A DNA stretch of 64,000 nt from Microcoleaceae cyanobacterium (GCA_051652765.1 JBOFUV010000074.1:32182-96181), one strand, 5' to 3'. Positions 19,279-30,276 are shown, numbered from the stretch's first letter. Notes: generated by a model from the letters alone, not told the origin. Numbers and translations are program-made.

Positions 19279-20085
19279 TTATTGGGGTTGAGCTTCTGCC
19301 GCTGGAGCAGGTGGGGTCGCCGGAGCTACCGCTGCCTCCAATTGCTCCTGAGTCAATGGCATTAGCGCCTCTAGATCAAAAGAGGTTTTCACCCGACGCT
19401 GAGGTTGCTGAGTTGACTCTACAAATCGCCCTTGCTTATATTCTCCTGCAACAATAGAAGTCCCCTCGGTTAGCTCAGTCTTGAGATTCCGTACCACCAA
19501 CATCGGTTGCATTCGTTCTAGAATCACCATGAACTGACGAGTCTGGGGAAAGCTGCCCTCAAATTCAACTTTGTACTGCCGCCGCCGTAGTTTTCCATTG
19601 ACTTCAGACCCCAAAGAGCCATCACTGACAATTTCTGTACTTGGCGGAGTCACCAGAACAGGCTCAAATTTGGTAATTCGAGCTCTTTCTTCAATCGTTG
19701 TGATTTCAGCGTTGACCTGACGATTCAATTGCTCTTCCACATCAAACAGCAAGGTGTCCAGGGTTTGCTGGCTAGCAAACAAATCAGTCACGTCCGCTCG
19801 CCGTTGCTGCGCCTGAGTCAATCTAGCGTTGGCTTCAGCTTCCTTACTCAGACGCTCATCTTGTTGCTTGATTTCTTGCTGCTTTGTTTCAATCTCTGTC
19901 TTTAAAGTTCCGCCTTTGCTGAGGGTTGGCATCACTAGCTTGAAAAGACCAGCCAAGGCCAGTAATGTTCCTAGAACTCCAATCAGAATACCCAGATTTC
20001 GAGGAGTGAGCGTCACCCCAAAGATACTTGGGCCAGACGCTTCTAGTTCCTCATCTGCTTCAATAAACTCGTTGGCTGCTGTCAT
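19279..20085 (-). CDS. pilO: Type IV pilus assembly protein PilO
   Basis: TM + coiled coil + VEFEGSFPQTRQFMVILERMQP; follows pilN. Confidence 0.85.
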   Translation of the reverse strand: MTAANEFIEADEELEASGPSIFGVTLTPRNLGILIGVLGTLLALAGLFKLVMPTLSKGGTLKTEIETKQQEIKQQDERLSKEAEANARLTQAQQRRADVTDLFASQQTLDTLLFDVEEQLNRQVNAEITTIEERARITKFEPVLVTPPSTEIVSDGSLGSEVNGKLRRRQYKVEFEGSFPQTRQFMVILERMQPMLVVRNLKTELTEGTSIVAGEYKQGRFVESTQQPQRRVKTSFDLEALMPLTQEQLEAAVAPATPPAPAAEAQPQ

Positions 20086-20915
20086 TATTGAATAACTCCT
20101 TTACGCTGAAGTGTTTCAATGCGATTTACTAAGCCTGCAGCACCATTATTCTTAAGCTCTGGTAGCAGTTCAGAAGCAGTTTTCGGACTCAGCTTAGTTT
20201 CGACTTTGTACTCCACAATAGGCTGTAACTCTGGGGCATTACTTGCGTTGCCTCCGGACTGAGACTCGGCAACCAACTGGGTTGGATTATCCTTTAGAGC
20301 TCCTGAAACAAGCCTCGTTTTCCCTCCATCAACAAAGGGAGACTGATCCAAAAGCAGGATAAAGTCATTCACCTGGGTGAAAGAGTTGGCCTCCCCAGAA
20401 ATTGTTAAAGTTGCAGTTTCTAGGGGAGGCGGAGGAGGGGCTGCAGCAGGAGGTTGACCTTCTGCGGGGGGAGCCGCCGGAGCCGCTGGAGCCACAGGGA
20501 CTGGAGCTGTTTCCTGAATCTGCTTGATCCGAACTCCAGCCGTTTGCATCAGCTCAGCCAATTCAACAGATAAGGCAGACCAGGGCTTAACTTTGTTAAA
20601 TACACTGGCTAACGCATCTGCTTCTTCGTTGGCTTGTTTCGCTTGGGCTTCAATTTGATCCAGCGCCTGAACCTTAGCAGTTTTTTCACCCAGCCGTGCA
20701 GTCAACTCATCGAGTTCCCGCTGAAGCTGAGCATTTCGTTGACTAAACACTAACCAAACCCCACCCATCAAGGCATTTGCAGCTAGGGCAACCGCAGTTC
20801 CAATTAAAATTGGCCTGCGATTAAGTGGAGCACCGCTAGGAGTCAGCGATCGCTTCTCAGCTTGGGGTTTGTAGTCAGGGCGGTCATTTAAGAAGTTGAT
20901 ATCAAGGCTGTACAT
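20085..20915 (-). CDS. pilN: Type IV pilus assembly protein PilN
   Basis: MYSLDINFLNDR N-terminal motif, TM, coiled coil. Confidence 0.92.
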   Translation of the reverse strand: MYSLDINFLNDRPDYKPQAEKRSLTPSGAPLNRRPILIGTAVALAANALMGGVWLVFSQRNAQLQRELDELTARLGEKTAKVQALDQIEAQAKQANEEADALASVFNKVKPWSALSVELAELMQTAGVRIKQIQETAPVPVAPAAPAAPPAEGQPPAAAPPPPPLETATLTISGEANSFTQVNDFILLLDQSPFVDGGKTRLVSGALKDNPTQLVAESQSGGNASNAPELQPIVEYKVETKLSPKTASELLPELKNNGAAGLVNRIETLQRKGVIQ

Positions 20916-20965
20916 AACCTCAAACCTCTGAAAATCAAGGGGGGATGGGTGTTTAGAGCAATACC

Positions 20966-22057
20966 CTAGGTTACCCGCAATCCTAAACCAATGGCTACCC
21001 CTAAACTAGCACGTTGCTCGGGAGAAATGTCCTGATCAACCTCTAGGGCAAGGGTATTAATTGGATCAATTTGAGTTGCAGGCATGGCTAGACGTTGCAT
21101 GAAAAACTCGTCAAGCTGACCAATCGCGGCTCCTGGCCCAGTCAGCAAAAGTTGGGCAATTTCTAAGCCATCACTCTGATTGATATAAAAATCAACCGAA
21201 CGACGCAGCTCATCAGCAAGGTCTGATAAGACCTTGATAATAGCACTTGTCCCTGGATTGGTGTCACTTAGTGAGCCCAGGGTGTCTGTTACAGGAAGGG
21301 TCATGGCCTGTAACTCCCGCACATCTCGGGATGGCGGTAGGTTCATGGCGTTGTTCAGGGCGCTCTGCACCTGAAATACCCCAATGGGAATCGTGCGGTT
21401 AAACTGAGGCACACCATTGACTACAATGGAGAGCTCTGTGTTGTCAAACTCAATATCAGCAATAATCGCAGCTTCACTGGAGGAAAACTGTTCAAGTTGT
21501 CGCCGCAACATCCGAATCAGAGCAAAGCTGCTGACTTCTAGAACATCAATTTGTAGTCCTGCCTGCTCAAAGACGTTTAGATAGGTATCGGTGACTTCTT
21601 TGCGAGTCGCAACCAAAAGCACCTGCATTTTTTCGATGCCGTCTTCATCGACAAACAGCCCTAACTTTTGATAGTCTACATCTGCTTCTTCCCGAGAGAA
21701 CGGCAGATAAAGTCCTGCTTCCGCATTCATGTAGTCTCGGAGTTCATCGGCGTTGAGTTCTGCGGGCACTGAAATCATCCGAGTTACCGCCTCCCGCCCA
21801 GGAATTGAGGTGGCCACACGCTTGGACTTAATGTTTTTGTCTGCCAAGGCAGACTGAATCAGCTCAGATACCGTTGGCGTATCAATGATCTGACCTTCCT
21901 GAACCGCATCTTCAGGAACCTCAACGCTGGCTAAGGTTGCCAGTTTAGTCACATTCCCTTTGCGCTTAAGCTCAACAATGTTGATGCGCTCAGACGCAAT
22001 CTCAATTCCGATCCCTGGCTTCGGCTTTGAGAACAAACCCTGTAAAAAATTAGCCAT
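20966..22057 (-). CDS. pilM: Type IV pilus assembly ATPase-fold protein PilM
   Basis: GIGIEI, LYLPFSREEADVDY, ELRRSVDFY, GVAIGLGLR. Confidence 0.95.
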   Translation of the reverse strand: MANFLQGLFSKPKPGIGIEIASERINIVELKRKGNVTKLATLASVEVPEDAVQEGQIIDTPTVSELIQSALADKNIKSKRVATSIPGREAVTRMISVPAELNADELRDYMNAEAGLYLPFSREEADVDYQKLGLFVDEDGIEKMQVLLVATRKEVTDTYLNVFEQAGLQIDVLEVSSFALIRMLRRQLEQFSSSEAAIIADIEFDNTELSIVVNGVPQFNRTIPIGVFQVQSALNNAMNLPPSRDVRELQAMTLPVTDTLGSLSDTNPGTSAIIKVLSDLADELRRSVDFYINQSDGLEIAQLLLTGPGAAIGQLDEFFMQRLAMPATQIDPINTLALEVDQDISPEQRASLGVAIGLGLRVT

Positions 22058-22073
22058 AAATCACAGCTATAAA

Positions 22074-23981
22074 TCATTCAAATGATTCGATAATACCGGA
22101 ATGGTTGACAATCTCATCCCCTTGGGGTTCACATCGTCCCCCGAGATATTTGGCCAGAAATTCCTCTGCGATCGCATAGAAATGGAGCCGATTCTCAGGA
22201 CGAGCAAAGCCATGACCTTCGTCAGTGTATAGCACATACTCGACCGGTTTCCCAGCCTGTTTCATGGCCGTAACAATTTGCTCACTTTCTGCCTGCTTGA
22301 CGCGAGGATCATTAGCACCTTGACCAATCAACAAAGGCTTTTGAATCCGATCAACAAAAAATAAGGGAGATCGAGATCTGAGAAACTCCTCCTCTGTTTC
22401 CAGATTGCCTACCCGATGGTAAAAATTAGCCCGAATCGGCTCCCAGTAGGGAGGAATGCTCTGCATTAAAGTGATCAGATTGCTGGGGCCGACAATATCT
22501 ACCCCACAGGTAAAGATCTCTGGCGTGAATGTCAATCCCACTAGGGTAGCATATCCTCCGTAGGAACCTCCCATAATCGCAATCTTGTCCCGTTGAGCAA
22601 TGCCCTGATCCATCAACCAGTTCACTCCATCGATCAGATCATCATGCATTTTTCCCGCCCACTCTCGGTTCCCCGCGTTGATGAACGCCTTGCCGTAGCC
22701 GGTTGAACCTCGGTAATTAATCTGAAGGACTCCATAACCTCGATTAGCCAACCATTGTGCCTGAGGGTTATAGCCCCAAGTGTCCCGTGCCCAAGGGCCA
22801 CCATGAACCAACAGAACCGTTGGCACTGGGGTCGGAATACCCACAGGTTTTGTGAGGTATCCTTCTAGGGTTAGTCCATCCCTGGCTGGGAAGGAAATGG
22901 GTTCCATCGGTGCAAGGGGCAGCCCTGCTAGCTTGGGTTTGTTGGTAAACAGAAACGAGCTGGTTTTAGACCCACGGTCGTAAATGTAATAATGAACTGG
23001 GCCATCGTCCGTGAGAAAACTCACCAGCCACTTCTGGTTGCTTAACGTCCGGCTGATGCTGAATTCTCCGGCCCGAATCCCTTGAATTGCCTGAAAATCC
23101 GCCTCAATACTAGAGTCCAGGATTTGCCATTCTTTCTTAGCTCGATAAAAAGATACTGCTTCAATGGTGCGGGTGGCTAAATTCAAGAAAATTCCGCCTA
23201 CGTCGTACCGTGGGTCTTCAGCAATCACGGTTTCCTGGCGCGTGTTCAAGTCCAATGCAATTAACCGTTCTGCATTAGCCTCGTGATTACCCAGAATATA
23301 AAGGGTTTGGCCATCTTGGGAAAATGCGACGGTTCCCCCTTCCTCGTCTGCTGGCCAATGACGCAAGGTTTCCCAAGGGTGTTCAGGGGTGGCCCGATGG
23401 AGCAGGTCATACCCCCCATCCGGAGTCGTTGCTGTGGCGGATCGCAGTTGAAACTCAGCATCGGCTGTCCAACTGACAATATTGCCTGGATTTTCAGCGG
23501 AGAAGTCAACTGCACCGTTGTTCAAGTTCACGCGATACACATCAAATACTTGAGGATTTCGCAGGTTCATCCCCACCAACACTTCGTCAGGGAAATTGGG
23601 GTCAAGGGCAACGACTTGGGCCCGGACTCCTTGGAAGGGGGTTAAATCTCTGACCTGGTTGGAGTGAACATTAACCAGGTAAAGATGCCAATTCTCGTCT
23701 CCGTCAGCATCCTGGGCATAGATTAAGAGTTCGGGGTTGTACGTCCAGAAAAAAGCTCGAATCCCCCGCTTGCGATCTGCAGTCAGTTTACGGCTATCGG
23801 CCTGTCCAACGGTTTGCAACCAAACCTGAAGGACGTTGCTTTCATCAGGGGCGATGTAGGCAAGCAACTCGCCACTATTTGATAGAGACGGACTGGTGCG
23901 CTCCGGATTACCAAAAAGAATCTCACGGGAAATCAACGGGGGAAGTTGAGGGGCAATTTGATCAACTGTAGCTGTAGTCAT
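22074..23981 (-). CDS. S9 family peptidase
   Basis: VHGGPW, GGSYGGY, QGANDPRV, DEGHGF; likely start MTTAT at 23981. Confidence 0.93.
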   Translation of the reverse strand: MTTATVDQIAPQLPPLISREILFGNPERTSPSLSNSGELLAYIAPDESNVLQVWLQTVGQADSRKLTADRKRGIRAFFWTYNPELLIYAQDADGDENWHLYLVNVHSNQVRDLTPFQGVRAQVVALDPNFPDEVLVGMNLRNPQVFDVYRVNLNNGAVDFSAENPGNIVSWTADAEFQLRSATATTPDGGYDLLHRATPEHPWETLRHWPADEEGGTVAFSQDGQTLYILGNHEANAERLIALDLNTRQETVIAEDPRYDVGGIFLNLATRTIEAVSFYRAKKEWQILDSSIEADFQAIQGIRAGEFSISRTLSNQKWLVSFLTDDGPVHYYIYDRGSKTSSFLFTNKPKLAGLPLAPMEPISFPARDGLTLEGYLTKPVGIPTPVPTVLLVHGGPWARDTWGYNPQAQWLANRGYGVLQINYRGSTGYGKAFINAGNREWAGKMHDDLIDGVNWLMDQGIAQRDKIAIMGGSYGGYATLVGLTFTPEIFTCGVDIVGPSNLITLMQSIPPYWEPIRANFYHRVGNLETEEEFLRSRSPLFFVDRIQKPLLIGQGANDPRVKQAESEQIVTAMKQAGKPVEYVLYTDEGHGFARPENRLHFYAIAEEFLAKYLGGRCEPQGDEIVNHSGIIESFE

Positions 23982-24120
23982 GGAATACTTGAAGAAATAG
24001 GACAAAAACTTGGGAGAGCGCTCAGGGCTATAGTCACTACCGCTTGGACTAAGACACCTATAAGATGCGTCCATCCCTTCATTCTAAGTCATAGACTCCC
24101 TCGAATGTTTGCTCTTTTTG

Positions 24121-24186
24121 CCTGAAACCCTTTTCCTGAAACCCTTCTCCTGAAACCCTTCTCCTGAAACCCTTCTCCTGAAACCC
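24121..24186. repeat. 14-bp tandem repeat CCTGAAACCCTT(C/T)T x4.7
   Basis: Direct reading. Confidence 0.92.
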
Positions 24187-24633
24187 CAGTGTGAAACCCT
24201 GTCTGAACCCAAACAATTCAGAGCAAGTGGAAAAGTTATTGCGATTGAACGATAAATACACAAGCAAAATCAATCCTCGTGATGTACCGATGGTGCAAAC
24301 TTCTAGCTGGCAAGCGAGATACTTCTGAGCCTCTGGAGTTTGCTACAGTAATTTTGATGAATTGAGGGAGGGGTCATACCCTTCGGTAAGGATTTGGGTT
24401 CTCAGAGGTCATCAAAGTTTAACAGGTCAAGTCTCCGCTTGCAGGCATCTTGCCTTCATCACATTTTGTCTTCAAAATTACCGATCCATTGACATCCCCT
24501 AGTCGGGTGAATTTGTTTTCATCGGATTGATTCATCGGACTGCAGGAGGGCAAGGATAAACCAATAAACGAAGATTAAAACAGATGGTTTTATACCAATC
24601 GCTAAATTCTTCTACTGCTCAACAGGAAATTCT

Positions 24634-24870
24634 ATGTTAATCACAATGAAAACTGACATTTCTGATTTGATTTCAACGATGCGGCAGCGCTTGGGAATCT
24701 CCCAAGAAAAACTGGCTGCCGAACTCGGAGTCTCGTTTCAAACGGTCAATCGTTGGGAACGGGGACATACAAAACCTTCTCATTTGGCTCTCGGTGCCAT
24801 TAAGCAAAAATTAGTTGAAATGGGGAGAGTAGGAGCTGATTTATTAACTGAATACTTTGAGGATAGCTAG
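24634..24870 (+). CDS. XRE-family HTH regulator
   Basis: RQRLGISQEKLAAELGVSFQTVNRWERG. Confidence 0.88.
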   Translation: MLITMKTDISDLISTMRQRLGISQEKLAAELGVSFQTVNRWERGHTKPSHLALGAIKQKLVEMGRVGADLLTEYFEDS

Positions 24871-25077
24871 TCTTTAAGGTTGCCAGTCCTAAGGCTGCCG
24901 ATCTAAGACGAGTCATGCAATACGGCTACAGGTGTCTCCTTTAAAGATACCTGTATTTTATTCTAAGAATTTGTTTTAAGAACGAGTTCAAAGACTCCAA
25001 CAATTGCTGGAAGTTACTAAAATCCAATCGGAAAACCGGAGTATACTGGAGAAAGGTTAAAAAATCGGCGTTTTTCT

Positions 25078-25512
25078 GTGGAACTTTCTTGCAAAAGCCA
25101 GTACGCTTTGTTGGCTCTGTTGGAGCTGGCTACTCATCATAGTGACGGCGAGCCGATCCAGGTTCGCCAGATTGCAGTCCATCAGAATATTCCAGATCGC
25201 TATCTAGAACAACTACTTGCCACTTTAAGACGGAGAGGGTTTGTTTCTAGCCAGCGGGGAGCCAAAGGAGGGTATCGGTTAGCAAAAGACCCTCAGCACA
25301 TTACCCTGTTAGATATTATTGATTGCTTAGAGGGCTCAAGCCCCGGCAAGGCCCATCTTTCCTGTAGCCGCACTCCTGAGAATTCTGTGGTTCAAGAAGT
25401 TTGGCAAGAAGCGCACCAAGTAGCCAATTCGATTTTACAAAAGTATACCTTGAAAGACTTGTGTGAAAAGTTGGATGCCAAACGGCAAATTAACCTCATG
25501 TACTATATCTGA
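25078..25512 (+). CDS. Rrf2-family transcriptional regulator (CymR-like)
   Basis: YALLALLELA, IPDRYLEQLL, SQRGAKGGY, C-terminal MYYI. Confidence 0.93.
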   Translation: MELSCKSQYALLALLELATHHSDGEPIQVRQIAVHQNIPDRYLEQLLATLRRRGFVSSQRGAKGGYRLAKDPQHITLLDIIDCLEGSSPGKAHLSCSRTPENSVVQEVWQEAHQVANSILQKYTLKDLCEKLDAKRQINLMYYI

Positions 25513-25803
25513 GAAGAATCCGGTTCAAACTAGATGTTCAAACCGAATTAGAATTTACGGCTAGGTGTAATTATTCAATGACTTGGACTCGTGATTGACC
25601 TGAGTAATTGCTACTCGATACCAGTGTGGATAACCCTAGAATTCATGGCTAGAAATCACGGATAGAGCATAGAGGCAGACAGCATCAAAAGCCCCTGAAC
25701 CCATCCTGAAAATCTCGAACAAGAGTTTAACTGCAACATCTTGGACAAAAGTTTAAGTTTGTGCTAATGGTCTTGCTTAAAAAGCAACTTCCAAGCAAGA
25801 CAT

Positions 25804-25841
25804 CATACTTAGCGAGCTAGTTAACTAGCTCGCTAAGTATG
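25804..25841. repeat. Perfect 38-bp palindrome
   Basis: CATACTTAGCGAGCTAGTT|AACTAGCTCGCTAAGTATG. Confidence 0.95.
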
Positions 25842-26162
25842 GGACGATACAAATCCCTGCATTAATCCCCTCAGCCCCCTTTTTTAAAGGGGATACTGAA
25901 ACCAAGGGGGATCTTGATCTGTAGCATGTAAAAAGTAAATTGGTATAAGTAGCCAACTGGGAAATGTTCACTGTAAAATATATTCTATGATCAAAAGAAC
26001 GACTACAATTCTAAATTGTGGCCATCTGTTTTGATCTTTAATTCTGAGTATTCAGTTCTAATACTGACCCTCTGTCCTAAATGTTCCAAATCATAGAAAC
26101 CATAGATCAGGTAATCTTTATCTCAAGGGTTCTAGGGTATTATTGAAAGTCGTTTACTTAGT

Positions 26163-26220
26163 AAGTTTAAGATTTACAAGTTTAAGACTTTTAAGTTTAA
26201 GATTTATAAGTTTAAGATTT
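26163..26220. repeat. 15-bp tandem repeat AAGTTTAAGA(T/C)TTNN x3.9, just before a start codon
   Basis: Direct reading. Confidence 0.88.
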
Positions 26221-26227
26221 AACAGAG

Positions 26228-26902
26228 ATGGTATCTAACTATTACGAAACTTTGGAGGTCAAGCAAACTGCAACACAAGCAGAAATCAAGCGGGCCTATC
26301 GTCGCCTAGCAAGGCAATTTCATCCGGATAGTCAAAGCGCAACGGCTGATCATGAACAAATTGTTCGGATTAATGCGGCCTATGAAGTGCTAGGCGATCC
26401 TCTGCGTCGCAATTCTTATGATAGCCAGATTTCGCCTCCAGTTTATGCAACAACTCGCACTGTTCAATCTCCTTCCCGTTTCACTCGAAAAACAGGTCAG
26501 GAAACCGATATCGAATTGACTCAGTGGGTTCGTCAGGTTTATCAACCGATTAATCGCAGCTTAAATCGAATTCTTAAGCCTCTCAAACAAGAAATTGACA
26601 AGTTATCTGCCGATCCCTTTGACGATGAACTCATGGAGGAATTTCAATCTTATGTTGGTCTCTGTCGCACTTGTTTTGAACAGGCCCAGCATATGTTTCG
26701 TTCTGTCCCAAACCCTTCAAATGCCGCAGGAGTGGCGGCCCAGCTTTATTACATCTTGAATCATGTGGGAGATGGGATTGAAGAGCTAGAGACATTTTCT
26801 CTGAACTATGATGATTCCTCGCTACATACGGGTCAAGAATTGTTCAGAATGGCGGTAAGTCTGCGCCGAGTTGCCCAAGAAGAGCTAAAGAATATCGCAT
26901 AA
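26228..26902 (+). CDS. DnaJ-domain protein
   Basis: NYYETLEV, IKRAYRRLARQFHPD, INAAYEVLGD. Confidence 0.92.
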   Translation: MVSNYYETLEVKQTATQAEIKRAYRRLARQFHPDSQSATADHEQIVRINAAYEVLGDPLRRNSYDSQISPPVYATTRTVQSPSRFTRKTGQETDIELTQWVRQVYQPINRSLNRILKPLKQEIDKLSADPFDDELMEEFQSYVGLCRTCFEQAQHMFRSVPNPSNAAGVAAQLYYILNHVGDGIEELETFSLNYDDSSLHTGQELFRMAVSLRRVAQEELKNIA

Positions 26903-26996
26903 GTTGCACCATAAAGATGTCTCCAAGTTGATATTTGTCAGAAAAACCATTAAATTATAGTTACAGAACTTAACAATATGGATAACGTGTGCATTT

Positions 26997-27887
26997 ATGG
27001 AATGCATCATTAAACGCCGTGCTCAGTTCTCTGCCAGTCATCGGTATTGGCTGCCCGAACTGAACGAAGCCGAGAACTTTGAGCGATTTGGCCCAACGGC
27101 TCGTTTTCCTGGCCATGGTCATAACTATGAGCTTTATGTCTCTATGATGGGCGAGCTAGACTCTTACGGCATGGTGCTGAACCTGTCGGATGTCAAGCAC
27201 ATCATCAAGCAGGAAGTGACAAGTCATCTAGACTTTTCTTACCTGAATGATGTTTGGCCAGAATTTCAGCAGACGTTGCCGACGACTGAGTATATTGCTT
27301 GGGTAATTTGGCAGCGACTTGCTCCCCACCTCCCCATCGTCAATATTCAACTTTTTGAACACTCTGAACTCTGGGCAGATTATCAAGGAAATTCTATGGA
27401 AGCCTATCTCACGGTTAGCACTCATTTTAGTGCAGCTCATCGTCTTGCCCACCCTAAATTGAGCTACGAAGAAAACTGCGAAATTTATGGGAAGTGTGCT
27501 CGTCCTAACGGTCATGGTCACAACTATCACCTAGAAATTACGGTCAAAGGCACAATTGATTCCTGTACAGGAATGATTGTAGATTTAGCAGCCCTGCAAC
27601 AGGTGATTGATGATGTTGTTGTGGAGCCCTTTGACCACACGTTTTTGAATAAAGACATTGCCTACTTTGCTGAAGTTGTTCCAACGGCTGAGAACATTGC
27701 GGTTCACATTCGGGACTTGCTGCAAGCTCCCATTTACAATCTAGGGGCCACATTGTACAGAGTGAAGTTGATCGAAAGCCCGAACAATTCTTGTGAAGTG
27801 TATTGTTCTACTTCCAGTTCACCCTCAGAAGTTTCTCAGGCTCAAGTACCAGCCTTGACAAGTAGTTTTATGACTCTGCCCTCGTAG
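26997..27887 (+). CDS. queD: Tandem-domain 6-carboxytetrahydropterin/6-pyruvoyltetrahydropterin synthase
   Basis: Two T-fold domains: FSASHR..GHGHNY and FSAAHRL..GKC..GHGHNY, PTAENIA. Confidence 0.88.
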   Translation: MECIIKRRAQFSASHRYWLPELNEAENFERFGPTARFPGHGHNYELYVSMMGELDSYGMVLNLSDVKHIIKQEVTSHLDFSYLNDVWPEFQQTLPTTEYIAWVIWQRLAPHLPIVNIQLFEHSELWADYQGNSMEAYLTVSTHFSAAHRLAHPKLSYEENCEIYGKCARPNGHGHNYHLEITVKGTIDSCTGMIVDLAALQQVIDDVVVEPFDHTFLNKDIAYFAEVVPTAENIAVHIRDLLQAPIYNLGATLYRVKLIESPNNSCEVYCSTSSSPSEVSQAQVPALTSSFMTLPS

Positions 27888-28313
27888 TCCTCCAAATTCT
27901 GGGGGGAATGGGTTGCTCAGAGCTCCAAGCTTGAGGGTACTCTGCGAGAGGCCCTTTAATCTATGGGGGTTTAGTGCTGAATTCACCTGCTGAATGGATT
28001 CATTCCTCAGTCTAACAAAGCCCAATAAATAGAGATTATAGCCAAAACAGAACGGGGTTCCAAGCTTATCCAGAACTTACGCTAATGTTTTGTTTGTAAG
28101 CTGCTTATAAAATTGCATATATTCAACCTCTCAGTACAGTTAGGTTAAACAGGAATGCATCTAAGAAGTCAGTGTAGTTCTTTTAAAAAAGTAACGATGC
28201 GAAAAGTCTGATCTGACAACTTCATTTACAAAGGGCAATTGAAGAATTGTTGGTAAAGGCCAACATATAGCGTGCAGCAAAACTAACTAACATAATAATA
28301 GCGCTGGGCAAGT

Positions 28314-29207
28314 ATGAGTCAGAACTTTGGCCAACAGTTACGCAAGGTTATCTCAATGCCTAAGGATAGACTCAAATCTTTATGGGGGTTTTTCCTGGCT
28401 GAAATAAGAGAAATTCTTTATTGGAAATGGGTTTTGGATGGACACATAGGCCAGAATCTATCTGTGTCAACCAATCAGAAACTAACTGTAATTGTTCCTA
28501 GCTATCATGCTAGCCGTGCGAGAAACATCCAGCCTCTGATTCGCTCTGTTTTAAAATGTGACTTTGTTGAAAAAATCATTATTAGCAACCATAACCCTCT
28601 GATCCGGCTTGAAGATTGGGTGGAAGTGAGCGATGATGCTCGAGTCATGCTGATCAATCAACCCGTCAGACGTGGATGTGGATATGGCTGGATAGTTGCT
28701 AGTCAACAAAGCTCCGATTATTTTGTGGTAATTGATGATGACCTACTCATCTATCCCGATCAACTTGTGATGTTGTTTCAGCGGCTGATTGAGGAGCCCG
28801 AATCTCCCCATGGTTTCATTGGTCGTCGTTCTGATGGTGAATATGTGATGCAACAGGAGACAGAGGTTGCTTTTTTATACAATATATACGCAGTGACCAA
28901 GACTCATATTCAGAGGTACTTGGAATACGCAGCCGCAATCGTAGCCAAGGGTTATGCATCGCAGGAATCGATTGAATACTGGAGCGATGATATTATCATT
29001 AGCCAGACAGGGGTGCATCAACCAAGAATCCACGATGCTGGCTTTATATTGCAATGTAAAACCACCCGTACCTCAGGTGTGGCAACGTTTGTAGAAGGGC
29101 AATTTGAGGGACGGCGTTTGGAAGTATATCAGGCATTACAAAAAGTGAAGAAAGATACCTCTAGTCAACAGACTGCTCCTCAACATAACTTAGCTTGCGG
29201 CTTCTAA
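28314..29207 (+). CDS. GT-A fold glycosyltransferase
   Basis: VIVPSY, KIIISNHNP, VIDDD, SDDII. Confidence 0.7.
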   Translation: MSQNFGQQLRKVISMPKDRLKSLWGFFLAEIREILYWKWVLDGHIGQNLSVSTNQKLTVIVPSYHASRARNIQPLIRSVLKCDFVEKIIISNHNPLIRLEDWVEVSDDARVMLINQPVRRGCGYGWIVASQQSSDYFVVIDDDLLIYPDQLVMLFQRLIEEPESPHGFIGRRSDGEYVMQQETEVAFLYNIYAVTKTHIQRYLEYAAAIVAKGYASQESIEYWSDDIIISQTGVHQPRIHDAGFILQCKTTRTSGVATFVEGQFEGRRLEVYQALQKVKKDTSSQQTAPQHNLACGF

Positions 29208-29214
29208 CTCGTAC

Positions 29215-29264
29215 CTTAGAAACATAACTTAGAAACATAACTTGGAAACATAACTTGGAAACAC
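29215..29264. repeat. 13-bp tandem repeat CTT(A/G)GAAACATAA x3.8
   Basis: Direct reading; fills the intergenic gap. Confidence 0.9.
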
Positions 29265-29268
29265 GCTC

Positions 29269-30276
29269 ATGTTTAACAAACCGCAAATTGGAGTTGTGGC
29301 GATTGGCAGGAATGAAGGCGATCGCCTTAAACATTGCCTTCGTTCGATCCTTGGAAAAGTTGCTCTGATTGTATATGTGGATTCAGGTTCTACAGATGGC
29401 AGCATTGAGCTTGCCCATTCCCTCGGAGTTGAGAGTGTTGAGCTGGACTTGTCTATTCCATTCACCGCTGCCCGTGCCCGCAATGCAGGCTTCAAGAGAC
29501 TCTTAGAGCTGAATCCAGAGTTGGAGTTTGTTCAGTTTGTGGACGGAGATTGTGAAATTGTTGAGGACTGGCTTGATTATGGAATGGAGATTTTCCAATC
29601 TGAACCTCAAATTGGGGTTGTCTGTGGTCGGCGACGCGAACGGTTTCCCCAAGCTTCGATCTACAACTTGCTCTGCGATTTAGAATGGGATGTTCCCAGC
29701 GGTGAAGTCAAAACCAGTAGTGGTGATGCCCTCATGCGAGCGATCGCCTTTCAGCAGGTGAATGGTTATGATCCGACCTTGATTGCCGGAGAAGATCCAG
29801 AACTCTGTATTCGTCTCCGGCAACAGGGTTGGAGAATCTGGCGGCTGGATGCCGAAATGACTCGCCACGATGCTCAGATGACCCGATTTGGTCAATGGTG
29901 GAAACGTTCCCTACGGGCAGGTCACGCCTATGCTGAGGGGGCATGGAGGTACGGGCGTAGTCCAGAAAAGCACTGGGTCAAGGAAAGTCGCAGCATTTGG
30001 CTTTGGGGTCTTTTGATTCCCGTAATTGCCCTTATTGGTACCTGGTTCTCTGGGGGGTGGACTTTGGTGCTACTGGCTGGGTATCCATTGATGGTGGTGA
30101 AGACGTTTCGATCCCTGCAAGTCCATGGTTGGAATTTTCAAGAAACGGCTTTGTACAGTAGCTTTTGCGTCCTCGGGAAATTCCCTCAGATCCTCGGTCA
30201 GCTCCAATTTCATCGAAACCGTTTATTGGGGAAGCCCTCAAGCCTGATTGAGTATAAGGCCCAAGTCAACTCCTGA
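29269..30276 (+). CDS. GT2 glycosyltransferase
   Basis: IGRNEG, VDSGSTD, FVDGD, AGEDPELC, C-terminal TM helices. Confidence 0.93.
   Translation: MFNKPQIGVVAIGRNEGDRLKHCLRSILGKVALIVYVDSGSTDGSIELAHSLGVESVELDLSIPFTAARARNAGFKRLLELNPELEFVQFVDGDCEIVEDWLDYGMEIFQSEPQIGVVCGRRRERFPQASIYNLLCDLEWDVPSGEVKTSSGDALMRAIAFQQVNGYDPTLIAGEDPELCIRLRQQGWRIWRLDAEMTRHDAQMTRFGQWWKRSLRAGHAYAEGAWRYGRSPEKHWVKESRSIWLWGLLIPVIALIGTWFSGGWTLVLLAGYPLMVVKTFRSLQVHGWNFQETALYSSFCVLGKFPQILGQLQFHRNRLLGKPSSLIEYKAQVNS

Noticed and set aside
24079..24273. 64-aa ORF with GFQEKGFR repeats
   Set aside because: Product of the 14-bp tandem repeat; no coding evidence
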